Source: Gemmatimonadales bacterium (GTDB lineage: Bacteria; Gemmatimonadota; Gemmatimonadetes; Gemmatimonadales; GWC2-71-9). From it: a stretch of DNA of 64,000 bases. How positions within the stretch are numbered: position 1 is the stretch's first letter; each line of letters opens with the position of its first letter. Under the pieces are notes generated by a model, which was not told the origin of the DNA, did not search any database, and saw nothing but the letters and a program-made list of their open reading frames with translations. Below, in pieces: positions 47,718 to 59,581 of this stretch. The stretch covers positions 1,088,001-1,152,000 of the forward strand of contig JBBCJC010000002.1 in NCBI GenBank assembly GCA_037189525.1, given 5' to 3'. A program made the position numbers and the translations under genes.

Positions 47718-48613
47718 TGACCTGGGTCCACGAATTTTCGACGCGCCTGGTGACGTCGCCCGAGCGCACCTTCCGAGCGCTCGTCGACGAAGCCGAACTC
47801 CGGGCCTGGTTCGCCGAGTATGCTGACATCGAGCCAAGGGTGGGGGGCAGCTATCGGTTCTGGGGGCGATACACCCTGGGCCTGCCCGGTGCGGAGGACG
47901 CGGACCAGCGTATCGTACGATTCGAGCCCGATCGCGCGCTGGCTTTCAGTTGGAACCTCCTGGGCGTGCCCACCGAGGTTTCGGTGGCCTTGGCGGTAGC
48001 GCCGACCGACGCGAGCGCAGCCGGCGCTCCCGGGCCCATGACATCGGTTACGCTCCACCACCAAGGTGCGCGTGCACTCGCCCAACCTCGCGAGAAGGAG
48101 TTGATCGACGACTTCTGGAGGCTGTCGTTCGGAAATCTCGGCGCCTATCTGATGGGTGCGGAGCTGCTGCGGCCTGACTTTGGCGACCCCTCGCCCGAGA
48201 TTCGCTCCAGCATCCTGATCGATGCGCCTCCGTCCGCCGTGTTTCGTGCCCTGATCGAGCCTGAAGCCCTGAACCGGTGGATTGCAGCGGCAGCCGTGGT
48301 GGAGCCTCGGGTCGGTGGGCGCTTCGAGTTCGGGTGGAAGTACCAGGTTGGCGGCCGCGATGTCACGGGCGGGCCGACCCGGATTCTGGAGTTGATTCCG
48401 GATCGTCGTCTGGTGGTAGACTGGCCGGATTGGCGGGGCGACGAAACGGTCCGGACGCAGCGAGTCAGCTTTGACCTGGAACCGGTAGGTACGCAAACGC
48501 GGGTGGCCCTGGTGCATTCGGGTTTCGAGCGGGCGGCCGATATCAGCGACTACCCATTCGGATGGGGAGACTTTCTCAATCGGCTCGTTCCGGTGGCCGT
48601 GGGTTTGCGGTGA
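47717..48613 (+). CDS. Tandem SRPBCC (AHSA1-like) domain protein
   Basis: Two repeats of F.AL.....L..W.......EPRVGG; coupled to the ArsR stop (TGATG). Confidence 0.88.
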   Translation: MTWVHEFSTRLVTSPERTFRALVDEAELRAWFAEYADIEPRVGGSYRFWGRYTLGLPGAEDADQRIVRFEPDRALAFSWNLLGVPTEVSVALAVAPTDASAAGAPGPMTSVTLHHQGARALAQPREKELIDDFWRLSFGNLGAYLMGAELLRPDFGDPSPEIRSSILIDAPPSAVFRALIEPEALNRWIAAAAVVEPRVGGRFEFGWKYQVGGRDVTGGPTRILELIPDRRLVVDWPDWRGDETVRTQRVSFDLEPVGTQTRVALVHSGFERAADISDYPFGWGDFLNRLVPVAVGLR

Positions 48614-48651
48614 CGGCGCAGCCGCGTGAATCGGAAAGGAGCCTTCGAACT

Positions 48652-49527
48652 GTGAAGAAGTCGTCGCTAGCTACGCACCTTGCCGGATCGTTCGGGATTA
48701 CTGCGCTCCTCGTGCTGGGCATGATCTACCCGTTTCTTCCCGGTCGCTACGATGGGCTGGCCGTCGTGCTCTCGACCATGATTCAGGGATTCGGGGTCTT
48801 CGGGCTCCTGCTGGTGCCGGGTGGCGCCATCTGGCTGGTGCACGAGCTGCGAGAGAGAAGGCGGAGCTCACCTTCCGCCGGAACGGCGTACCGATACGGG
48901 ATAGCCTCCGTCATCGTCGGCTCGGTCGTTGCCGTGCTCGTCTCGCTGGTCGCTTTCATGAGCAGCGGCGTCGTCCTGGGGCTGTGTTCGCTGGTCCTAT
49001 GGCTGTATGCCCTGGCCAGGCTGCTTCCTCGGCTCAACGGGTTGAAAACGGTGCTGCCAAGCGTCGTCAACCCGGTGCCGATCTATCTCGCCGTGATCCC
49101 CGTGATGCTCGTGTCCCTCCAGGTGCTGCTGGCGTCTCCCGTCACGACGCTCAGCAGGAACCGCACGATCGCGGGGAGCGCGGAGATACTCGAGGCGATC
49201 GAGCGGCATCGGACCGAGCGGAAGCGCTATCCGAGCTCGTTGCTGGCTGCGTGGAAGGACTATGATCCGCCGGTGGTCGGGGTCGAACGCTTCCACTACC
49301 TGCCGCAGGGCGATGCGTACACCCTGTTCTTCGAGCAGCCCCGTTTCCTTTTCGACAATATCGGCACCAGGGAGTTCGTCGCGTACAACCGGCTCGATGA
49401 GCACCTCATGCCCAGCCACGCCTCGTGGATCTTGTCGTGGCCACCGGAGCAGCTGGCAGAGAACCAGGGATGGTATGCGGTCCATGACACGCCGAGCGCG
49501 CACTGGAAATACTTCTGGTTCGACTGA
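48652..49527 (+). CDS. Hypothetical membrane protein (about 5 TM plus C-terminal soluble domain)
   Basis: GAAAGGAG SD before GTG 48652; hydrophobic segments; ends HWKYFWFD. Confidence 0.72.
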   Translation: MKKSSLATHLAGSFGITALLVLGMIYPFLPGRYDGLAVVLSTMIQGFGVFGLLLVPGGAIWLVHELRERRRSSPSAGTAYRYGIASVIVGSVVAVLVSLVAFMSSGVVLGLCSLVLWLYALARLLPRLNGLKTVLPSVVNPVPIYLAVIPVMLVSLQVLLASPVTTLSRNRTIAGSAEILEAIERHRTERKRYPSSLLAAWKDYDPPVVGVERFHYLPQGDAYTLFFEQPRFLFDNIGTREFVAYNRLDEHLMPSHASWILSWPPEQLAENQGWYAVHDTPSAHWKYFWFD

Positions 49528-49575
49528 CGAGACGAAGGACATCCCAGGGTTTCGTCGGCGCGGGTCTCGGCCTCG

Positions 49576-53298
<3,723 letters not shown>

Positions 53299-53316
53299 GC
53301 AGTCCCCCTAACGAGA

Positions 53317-53343
53317 TGCCCGGGGCTGAAAACGCCCCGGGCA
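53317..53343 (-). terminator. Riboswitch expression-platform hairpin upstream of metH
   Basis: Minus strand TGCCCGGGGC-GTTTTCA-GCCCCGGGCA, perfect 10 bp; weak T tract (TCTCGTT). Confidence 0.5.
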
Positions 53344-53347
53344 AGCG

Positions 53348-53393
53348 TTTTAGCGTTTGTTTAACGTGGCCGCAATCAGCGCAAATCGCCACG
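53348..53393 (-). ncRNA. SAM-II (SAM-alpha) riboswitch aptamer
   Basis: Minus strand CGTGGCGATTTGCGCTGATTGCGGCCACGTTAAACAAACGCTAAAA; 45/46 identical to the yitJ copy. Confidence 0.88.
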
Positions 53394-53511
53394 GAAAGCA
53401 TCGGTTGTCTGCCTGAATAATCTAAGCAAGCGCCATGCCCGATGCCAATCCGTGAGGGCGCGGCCGGGCTTCCCGTGTATTTTCCGCCACCCAATGCATG
53501 AGCAATGATCG

Positions 53512-55590
53512 ATGTCCCGCGCCCCCATCCGCCGTCCCCCGCCCACGCCAACCGTCGATCAGGTCGACACCCTGCACGGTGTCGAGGTGCCCGATCCCTA
53601 TCGATGGCTCGAGGACGCCGATTCGCCGGAAACCGCCGCGTGGGTTGCCGCCCAGAATCAGGTGACCTTCGAGTATCTCCGGGCGCTTCCCCTGCGAGAA
53701 CACCTCGAAAAGCGGCTGACGGCGCTGTACGACTATGAGCGCTATTCCATCCCGTATCATCGGGGCGGTCGATACTTCTATACCCGAAACACCGGCCTCC
53801 AGAATCAGGCGGTGTTGTACGTGCAGGATTCCCTTGCTGCGGATGGACGGGAGCTGCTCGATCCCAACCGCCTCTCGGCCGATGGCACGGTGGCGTTGTC
53901 ACTGGTCGAGCCAAGCCCGGATGGCCGATTGCTCCTGTACGGCACGTCGGCCAGCGGCTCCGATTGGCAGGAGTTTCGAATTCGTCAGGTCGATGACGGC
54001 ATTGACCGTATCGATCACTTACGATGGATCAAGTTTTCGCGAGGTAGTTGGACACGGGATGGGCAAGGGTTCTTCTACTCGCGATACCCCGAGCCTGATC
54101 CCAACGACGCGTCGAGCGCGCAGAATCGGGATATGAAGGTGTATTACCACCGGCTCGGCTCCGAGCAGCGGGAGGATCAGCTGGTCTACGAACGGCCGGA
54201 TCAGCCCGACTGGGGTTTTGCTGCGGAGGTAACGCACGACGGTCGCTACCTGGTACTCACCGTCTGGCTCGGTACGGATTCGCGGACCCGAGTCTATTAC
54301 CAGGATCTGAGCGATCCGCTGGCCCCGACCATCACGGGTCCCATGGTCAAGTTGCTCGATCAATTCGATGCGGCATACGGTTTTATCGGGAACGTCGGGC
54401 CGATCTTCTATTTCCGAACGGATCGCGGTGCCGCGCGCGGTCGAGTCATTGCCGTCGACACTCGAGCGCCCGCTCCCGAGGCCTGGCGTGAGGTCGTTCC
54501 GGAGGCGGAGCAGCCGCTCGACGGCGTCTCTCTCGTTGGCGGCCGATTGGTGACGTCGTACCTGGTGGATGCCAAGTCGCGGCTCGCCGTCGTCGACCTG
54601 GAGGGTAGCGCGGTGTCCGAGATCCACTTGCCGGGCATCGGGACGGCCGGCGGGATTTCAGGCGAGCCGGACCGGCACGAGATGTTCTTTGCCTTTACGT
54701 CGTTTCTGGTGCCGACGTCGGTGTACCGCTACGATCTGCAGTCAGGAGCGCTTGCTCCCTTCCGGTCTCCGCGGCTCACCTTCGATCCGGCCGCATTCGT
54801 GACGGAACAGGTCTTTGTCAACAGCCGCGACGGTACGCAGGTACCGGTCTTCGTGACCCATCGTAAAGGACTGATCCGGGACGGGTCGCATCCGACGCTG
54901 CTGTATGCTTACGGTGGGTTCAACGCGAATCTCACTCCGTTTTTCGACCCCGCGACGATTGCCTGGCTCGAGCAAGGCGGGATCTACGCCCAGGCCAATC
55001 TGCGCGGCGGCGGTGAATACGGCGAAGATTGGCATCGCGCGGGGATGTTCGAGAAAAAGCAGAACGTCTTCGACGACTTCATTGCCGCCGCCGAGTATCT
55101 GATTCGAGAGGGTTACACGAGCGCGCGGCATCTGGCGATCGAAGGCGCTTCGAATGGCGGATTGCTGGTCGGCGCGGTGCTGGTGCAGCGCCCCGACCTC
55201 TTTGCGGTGGCGCTGCCCGACGTCGGCGTGATGGACATGCTGCGCTACCATCACTTTACCATCGGCTGGGCATGGGCCACCGAGTACGGCTCGGCCGATG
55301 ATGCAGCGCACTTTCCAGTGCTGCGCGCCTATTCGCCGTTGCACAACCTGAAGCCGGGCACCGACTATCCCGCCACGCTGGTCACCACCGCCGACCACGA
55401 CGACCGCGTGGTGCCGGGGCACTCCTTCAAGTTTGCCGCTGCGCTGCAAGCGGCGACGACGTGGGATCGGCCGGCCTATATCCGGGTCGAAACCAAAGCT
55501 GGCCATGGGGCGGGGAAGCCGGTCGCCAAGCAGGTCGAGGCGAGGGCGGACGTGCTGGCCTTTGCGTTGGCCAATACCAGCGGAAGCTGA
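53512..55590 (+). CDS. Prolyl oligopeptidase (S9A)
   Basis: DPYRWLED, YGGF, NLRGGGEYG, GASNGGL, DHDDRV, AGHG. Confidence 0.95.
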   Translation: MSRAPIRRPPPTPTVDQVDTLHGVEVPDPYRWLEDADSPETAAWVAAQNQVTFEYLRALPLREHLEKRLTALYDYERYSIPYHRGGRYFYTRNTGLQNQAVLYVQDSLAADGRELLDPNRLSADGTVALSLVEPSPDGRLLLYGTSASGSDWQEFRIRQVDDGIDRIDHLRWIKFSRGSWTRDGQGFFYSRYPEPDPNDASSAQNRDMKVYYHRLGSEQREDQLVYERPDQPDWGFAAEVTHDGRYLVLTVWLGTDSRTRVYYQDLSDPLAPTITGPMVKLLDQFDAAYGFIGNVGPIFYFRTDRGAARGRVIAVDTRAPAPEAWREVVPEAEQPLDGVSLVGGRLVTSYLVDAKSRLAVVDLEGSAVSEIHLPGIGTAGGISGEPDRHEMFFAFTSFLVPTSVYRYDLQSGALAPFRSPRLTFDPAAFVTEQVFVNSRDGTQVPVFVTHRKGLIRDGSHPTLLYAYGGFNANLTPFFDPATIAWLEQGGIYAQANLRGGGEYGEDWHRAGMFEKKQNVFDDFIAAAEYLIREGYTSARHLAIEGASNGGLLVGAVLVQRPDLFAVALPDVGVMDMLRYHHFTIGWAWATEYGSADDAAHFPVLRAYSPLHNLKPGTDYPATLVTTADHDDRVVPGHSFKFAAALQAATTWDRPAYIRVETKAGHGAGKPVAKQVEARADVLAFALANTSGS

Positions 55591-55593
55591 CGC

Positions 55594-55884
55594 TCAGTCG
55601 TTCAGGTTGAGGGCGCGTCGCGTGGCCTCCACGGTAACGCCCTCGATGGTCACGGCTTTGCGTCGCCCCGAGGCGCCGGCTGTGATGGTCACGGCGCGGC
55701 GCGGGACGGCCAGCTGGGCCGCGAGGAACGCGACGATTTCCTCGTTGGCGGCGCCATCGACCGGTGGTGAAGCGATCCTGAGCTTGAGCGCATCGCCGTG
55801 GAGGCCGGCCACCTCGGTACGCGAAGCCCGCGGCTGCACGTGCAGGTCGATCCGGACGCCCCGCGGGGTCGGGTGGACCGGCAC
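55594..55884 (-). CDS. yggU: DUF167/YggU family protein
   Basis: VQPRASR, LK.RI.SPPVDG.AN, G.SGRRK; GTG overlaps the yggT stop. Confidence 0.88.
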   Translation of the reverse strand: MPVHPTPRGVRIDLHVQPRASRTEVAGLHGDALKLRIASPPVDGAANEEIVAFLAAQLAVPRRAVTITAGASGRRKAVTIEGVTVEATRRALNLND

Positions 55885-56477
55885 TACCCGCCCAGCAACT
55901 GGAAGAGGAGCGCGCGCAACAGTAACAGCGCCAGGTAGGCAACGATCGGGCTGGCGTCGATGATGCCGATCGGCGGCAGGCGCCGGCGAATCGGCCCGAG
56001 GATCCATTCGGTCAGCCGGTAAAACGGCCGCATCCACCGATGGGTCGAGCCGAGTCCGAACCAGGCGCCGATGAACCGGACGAACAGCGCGGCGATGACC
56101 AGCGTGATGGCCCAGTCGACCCCGACCCGGATGAGCATCAGCGGCGAGGCATCCCGGAGGGCCAGCAGCGAGTAGACCAGCTGGATCACGCCCCGAACCA
56201 CCCAGATCAGCGCCAGGCCGAGTATCACGGCAATGCCGACCAACCAGAGCGAGGCGTCCTGCGGATTGCCGCCGCGCCGGACCAGTTGCCGCTCGAGCGG
56301 GCGCAGCGCCGGATCGGAGAGGCTCCGCACCGTTTTGGACCACGCGCCGAGCGGGGCAATCCGGCGGGAACGAACGGCCCAATGCGTCGCCGCGACAACG
56401 GCGGCCAGGCCCACCGCGCTCAGCGCGACGGCTCGAACGGCGAGGTCGATCAGCCCGGCAACCGACGCAAGCGCCAT
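55884..56477 (-). CDS. yggT: YggT family membrane protein
   Basis: LTEWILGPIRR.LPP.G.ID.SP motif; adjacent to yggU. Confidence 0.85.
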   Translation of the reverse strand: MALASVAGLIDLAVRAVALSAVGLAAVVAATHWAVRSRRIAPLGAWSKTVRSLSDPALRPLERQLVRRGGNPQDASLWLVGIAVILGLALIWVVRGVIQLVYSLLALRDASPLMLIRVGVDWAITLVIAALFVRFIGAWFGLGSTHRWMRPFYRLTEWILGPIRRRLPPIGIIDASPIVAYLALLLLRALLFQLLGG

Positions 56478-56481
56478 CGGG

Positions 56482-56751
56482 TCACCCTCCGCAGCTGACC
56501 GAGCGGGGCACGACTCGGCCGCAGGCGATGATGTCATCCATTCCGCGCGCCATCGGTCCGCATGCGGCCGTCTGCGCCGTTTCGGCGGCGGCTTCCTTGG
56601 TCGGCCCCGACGCCTTGGCGCAACGGCTCCCGCCCCGGAAGTCGACGCAGACTTCGCAGGTGATCTGCTGGGGCTTGAAGCTCGTATACGCGAGGATGCC
56701 GATGAAGACCGCGACGATGATGGCAAAGACGGCCGAACGACTGAGGCGCAT
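56482..56751 (-). CDS. Small membrane-anchored six-Cys protein
   Basis: N-terminal TM, then CEVC...C...C...C...C; 4 nt upstream of yggT. Confidence 0.7.
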   Translation of the reverse strand: MRLSRSAVFAIIVAVFIGILAYTSFKPQQITCEVCVDFRGGSRCAKASGPTKEAAAETAQTAACGPMARGMDDIIACGRVVPRSVSCGG

Positions 56752-56816
56752 GGAACCCAACTCCGCTCCGGGTGATGTTGCTTGGCAGTAGCCGGCGAAA
56801 TTAAGCTTGTCGGACG

Positions 56817-57182
56817 ATGCAGGGACTCGTCAGCCGACTGATTTTCGTAATGGCCCTCCTGGGGATGCTGTCGTCAACCGCCCCCCGGCCGGAGCCGCAC
56901 TGCGCCCCCCAGCCAGCGGCCGGGACCTCGCAGCACGATCATCACGGCCACTCGGCCAAAGATACCGACGGCGCCCGGGAATGTCCTCATTGCCCGCCGG
57001 TCGAATGCGGGCGGCATCTGCAGTGCAGCGTGTCCGCGGATCCTGCTTCGGGCGAGTTGGCGCCGCTCCCCGTGCCGGACGGAAACCTCGAAGCGCAGCG
57101 TCTGGCCGCCCAGGTGGCCCGCTCCCTTTCTCTGAAACCACCCACACCTCCACCCAACGCCTCCCGTCACACGAACGTCTAG
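56817..57182 (+). CDS. Putative metal-sensing leader peptide (signal peptide, His/Cys cluster, C-terminal PPTPPP)
   Basis: 121 aa: hydrophobic N-terminus, HC, QHDHHGH, ECPHCPPVECGRHLQC, KPPTPPP seven residues from the stop. Confidence 0.72.
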   Translation: MQGLVSRLIFVMALLGMLSSTAPRPEPHCAPQPAAGTSQHDHHGHSAKDTDGARECPHCPPVECGRHLQCSVSADPASGELAPLPVPDGNLEAQRLAAQVARSLSLKPPTPPPNASRHTNV

Positions 57183-57214
57183 TCGTTTCATCGTTCCATT
57201 GACGAGGAGTAGTC

Positions 57215-58009
57215 ATGATTGGGCAGGAATGGACTCGGCCGCTGGCCGTGGTCTTGGCGTTGGCAATCGGGGTCGCACCCCTTGCTGCGCAAATCGATTA
57301 TCGTAACCTGGACGTCGGTCGCCCGGTTCGGGTCACCGATGCCTATCCCGTCGAGCGTTTTGCGTTCGAGCTCTCGCTTCCCTATGCCGCCGGCCGTGGT
57401 GATGGTGCGGTGCGGCACACCGTGTCGCCCCATCTCGAGTATGGCATCCATCGGAACCTGATGGTCGGGGTCGGTGTCGAGGTCGACCTCCATCGCACCG
57501 GAGGCAGCGCGGGCCTGGCAGCCGCGGAGATCGGCGCCTTGTGGAACGTTCGGAGGGAAACTCCGTCGTTGCCGGCCATTGCCTTCAGTCTCGAGGCTGC
57601 GCAGCCCTTGCGAGACGGGCGATTTGGTCGCGATGTCGAAGTCACTCTGACCGGGCTGGCGACCCGGTCGATCGGCCGGTCACGCCTCCACCTGAACGGG
57701 GTGGTGGGCCTGCTCGTTCCGGAGGCTTCGCACCTGGGCACACCGTGGTGGGCCGGGGTGGCCTGGGATCGGACCCTGTTTCGCAGCAGCACGCTGGTCG
57801 TCGCGGAGGTCGTGGTCAATCGTGATGCCGGCGCGCTTCCGGTTACCTGGAGCGCCGGGGCCGGGGTTCGCCGCCAGTTGACCCCGACGGTTGTGGGCGC
57901 CATCGGTGTGGCCCAGGCGCTCGACGATTTTGATGCGGGAACCTCGCTCACGGTCTCCCTGAGTCATGCCTTTGGCGTTCGCAGCCTGATGCGACGAGGT
58001 GTCCGATGA
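57215..58009 (+). CDS. Putative outer-membrane beta-barrel protein
   Basis: Signal peptide LAA-Q, RP.R.TDAYPVE, alternating amphipathic strands, SLSHAF near the end; SD GAGGAG. Confidence 0.7.
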   Translation: MIGQEWTRPLAVVLALAIGVAPLAAQIDYRNLDVGRPVRVTDAYPVERFAFELSLPYAAGRGDGAVRHTVSPHLEYGIHRNLMVGVGVEVDLHRTGGSAGLAAAEIGALWNVRRETPSLPAIAFSLEAAQPLRDGRFGRDVEVTLTGLATRSIGRSRLHLNGVVGLLVPEASHLGTPWWAGVAWDRTLFRSSTLVVAEVVVNRDAGALPVTWSAGAGVRRQLTPTVVGAIGVAQALDDFDAGTSLTVSLSHAFGVRSLMRRGVR

Positions 58010-59016
58010 AAACCATCATGACGATGCTGCTCATGGCCTTGGCGCCGGGTCTACTGACGGCACAGGGCGGGCGTAACGAAGAGTTCTACTATCCGGGCGC
58101 CTTCAACTGGCAGTTCCTGCGCAACTATCCCGAGGCGGCCCGCCTCTTCAACGCGTTCGACTACGGGCACGCGATTCTGTATGAGCGGTTGCTGGCCGAC
58201 CCGGCGGGGTCCGTCGAGCAACTCGAAGACCGGGAGTTCCGCTATCTGGTCGGCGATCTGTTGCGGCGTCCGCCCCGCTTCTCGGTTGCGGAGGAAGCGA
58301 TCATGCCCCGCTACAGCCGGATGGCATGGCGTGCCAAGCTGATGTTCGAACGGGCCCACGTCCTGCACCGGCAGATCTACGATGTCTACGCCGACGAGCG
58401 CTTGCCGAGCGATCAGCAGACGACTCTGGTCGAAACACTGATCAATCGCTACCTCGCCGACCGGGACTATGCGTTTACCGATCGACCCAAGGCCATGGCG
58501 CTGATGGACGAGCAGTATTTCAGCAAGGTGTTCCGGGTCGGGTATCCCAAGTTCAACGGCTTGATCTGGGCCTATCACTGGCTCCAGGTCGGTCTCTACG
58601 AACCGTTGATCGCCGAGCAGGACGCGGCGGCCAAGCAGGCCGGAGTGAAGGAAACCGTGGCGCGGTTCTGGGCGATGGTGGATGGAGCGCCCGGTACCTT
58701 GCCCAGCGTCATGCCGATGGGATCAGCGGTTGCTCCGCACTTCAGCGAGCGCCACCCGCGAGCCGCGATCATCTTCGACAATCTGCACATGATGCACGAC
58801 ATCATTTCGGATGTCCTCGCGTCGCCCAAGGTTGCTGCTGCGGACAAGGCGAGGGTCATCGAGGAAGCGCTGGATGAATTCCAGAATCCGACCAGCAATG
58901 TGATCGACCTGGAGCACTGGCGGATGATGGCAGATCACATGGGTGGGGTCGACAAGATGGGAGGGGTTGCTGGGCGACCGGCTGCTGCCCCGCGACCCAG
59001 CCACCAGCATCACTGA
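58006..59016 (+). CDS. Secreted His/Met-rich helical protein with internal duplication
   Basis: Signal peptide; FDYGH, AHVLH, YHWLQ and LHMMHD helices; tail MMADHMGGVDKM...SHQHH; ATGA coupling to the upstream gene. Confidence 0.82.
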   Translation: MKTIMTMLLMALAPGLLTAQGGRNEEFYYPGAFNWQFLRNYPEAARLFNAFDYGHAILYERLLADPAGSVEQLEDREFRYLVGDLLRRPPRFSVAEEAIMPRYSRMAWRAKLMFERAHVLHRQIYDVYADERLPSDQQTTLVETLINRYLADRDYAFTDRPKAMALMDEQYFSKVFRVGYPKFNGLIWAYHWLQVGLYEPLIAEQDAAAKQAGVKETVARFWAMVDGAPGTLPSVMPMGSAVAPHFSERHPRAAIIFDNLHMMHDIISDVLASPKVAAADKARVIEEALDEFQNPTSNVIDLEHWRMMADHMGGVDKMGGVAGRPAAAPRPSHQHH

Positions 59017-59025
59017 TCCAGGCGC

Positions 59026-59070
59026 AAAAAACCGGCGGCTCCGGATCGTTCGGAGCCGCCGGTGTCTTTT
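59026..59070. terminator. Bidirectional intrinsic terminator
   Basis: AAAAA, then ACCGGCGGCTCCG/CGGAGCCGCCGGT 13-bp stem, then GTCTTTT; lies between convergent genes. Confidence 0.8.
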
Positions 59071-59081
59071 ACTGGAAGAGG

Positions 59082-59456
59082 TCAGTTGCCGGCGATGCCG
59101 GGGGTCGCCTCGGGCGCAATGCCATCGGTGATCGGAACGATGCCCGCCCGCCAGCCGCTGGCGAAGACGACCGTCAGGCGGTAACCCAGCGTGTCGACTT
59201 CGACGCTGCGGACCCCGGGCAGGGTGCGCGCATATTCGGCGGCTTTCGTCGTCTGGACCGCCCGCGCCTCGTGCGACTGACCCCCATCCCACTGGGCCAG
59301 CGCCCGGCCGATTGCCACGGCCCGCGCCTGTTCGGTGCCGTACCTGGCAAACTGCTCGGCCGGGATCAGGCCGGCCTGATCCGAGACTTTGGAGTCGAGA
59401 TCGTAGAGGCGGCAGCCTCCGGTCAGGGCCAGGATGGCCAGCAGGGTTCCACGCAT
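59082..59456 (-). CDS. Hypothetical lipoprotein
   Basis: MRGTLLAILALTGGC lipobox-like; 124 aa. Confidence 0.68.
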   Translation of the reverse strand: MRGTLLAILALTGGCRLYDLDSKVSDQAGLIPAEQFARYGTEQARAVAIGRALAQWDGGQSHEARAVQTTKAAEYARTLPGVRSVEVDTLGYRLTVVFASGWRAGIVPITDGIAPEATPGIAGN

Positions 59457-59581
59457 TGCTTCAGAGCCTTGCAAAGGGATCGAATTGACGTCGGGGATAT
59501 ATAGTGGAGGATGGGAGAAGAGGCTAGATTCCGGCGTACTCCGAGTGGGTCCATTTCGCCTCCAATTCCGAGCCATCGGCC

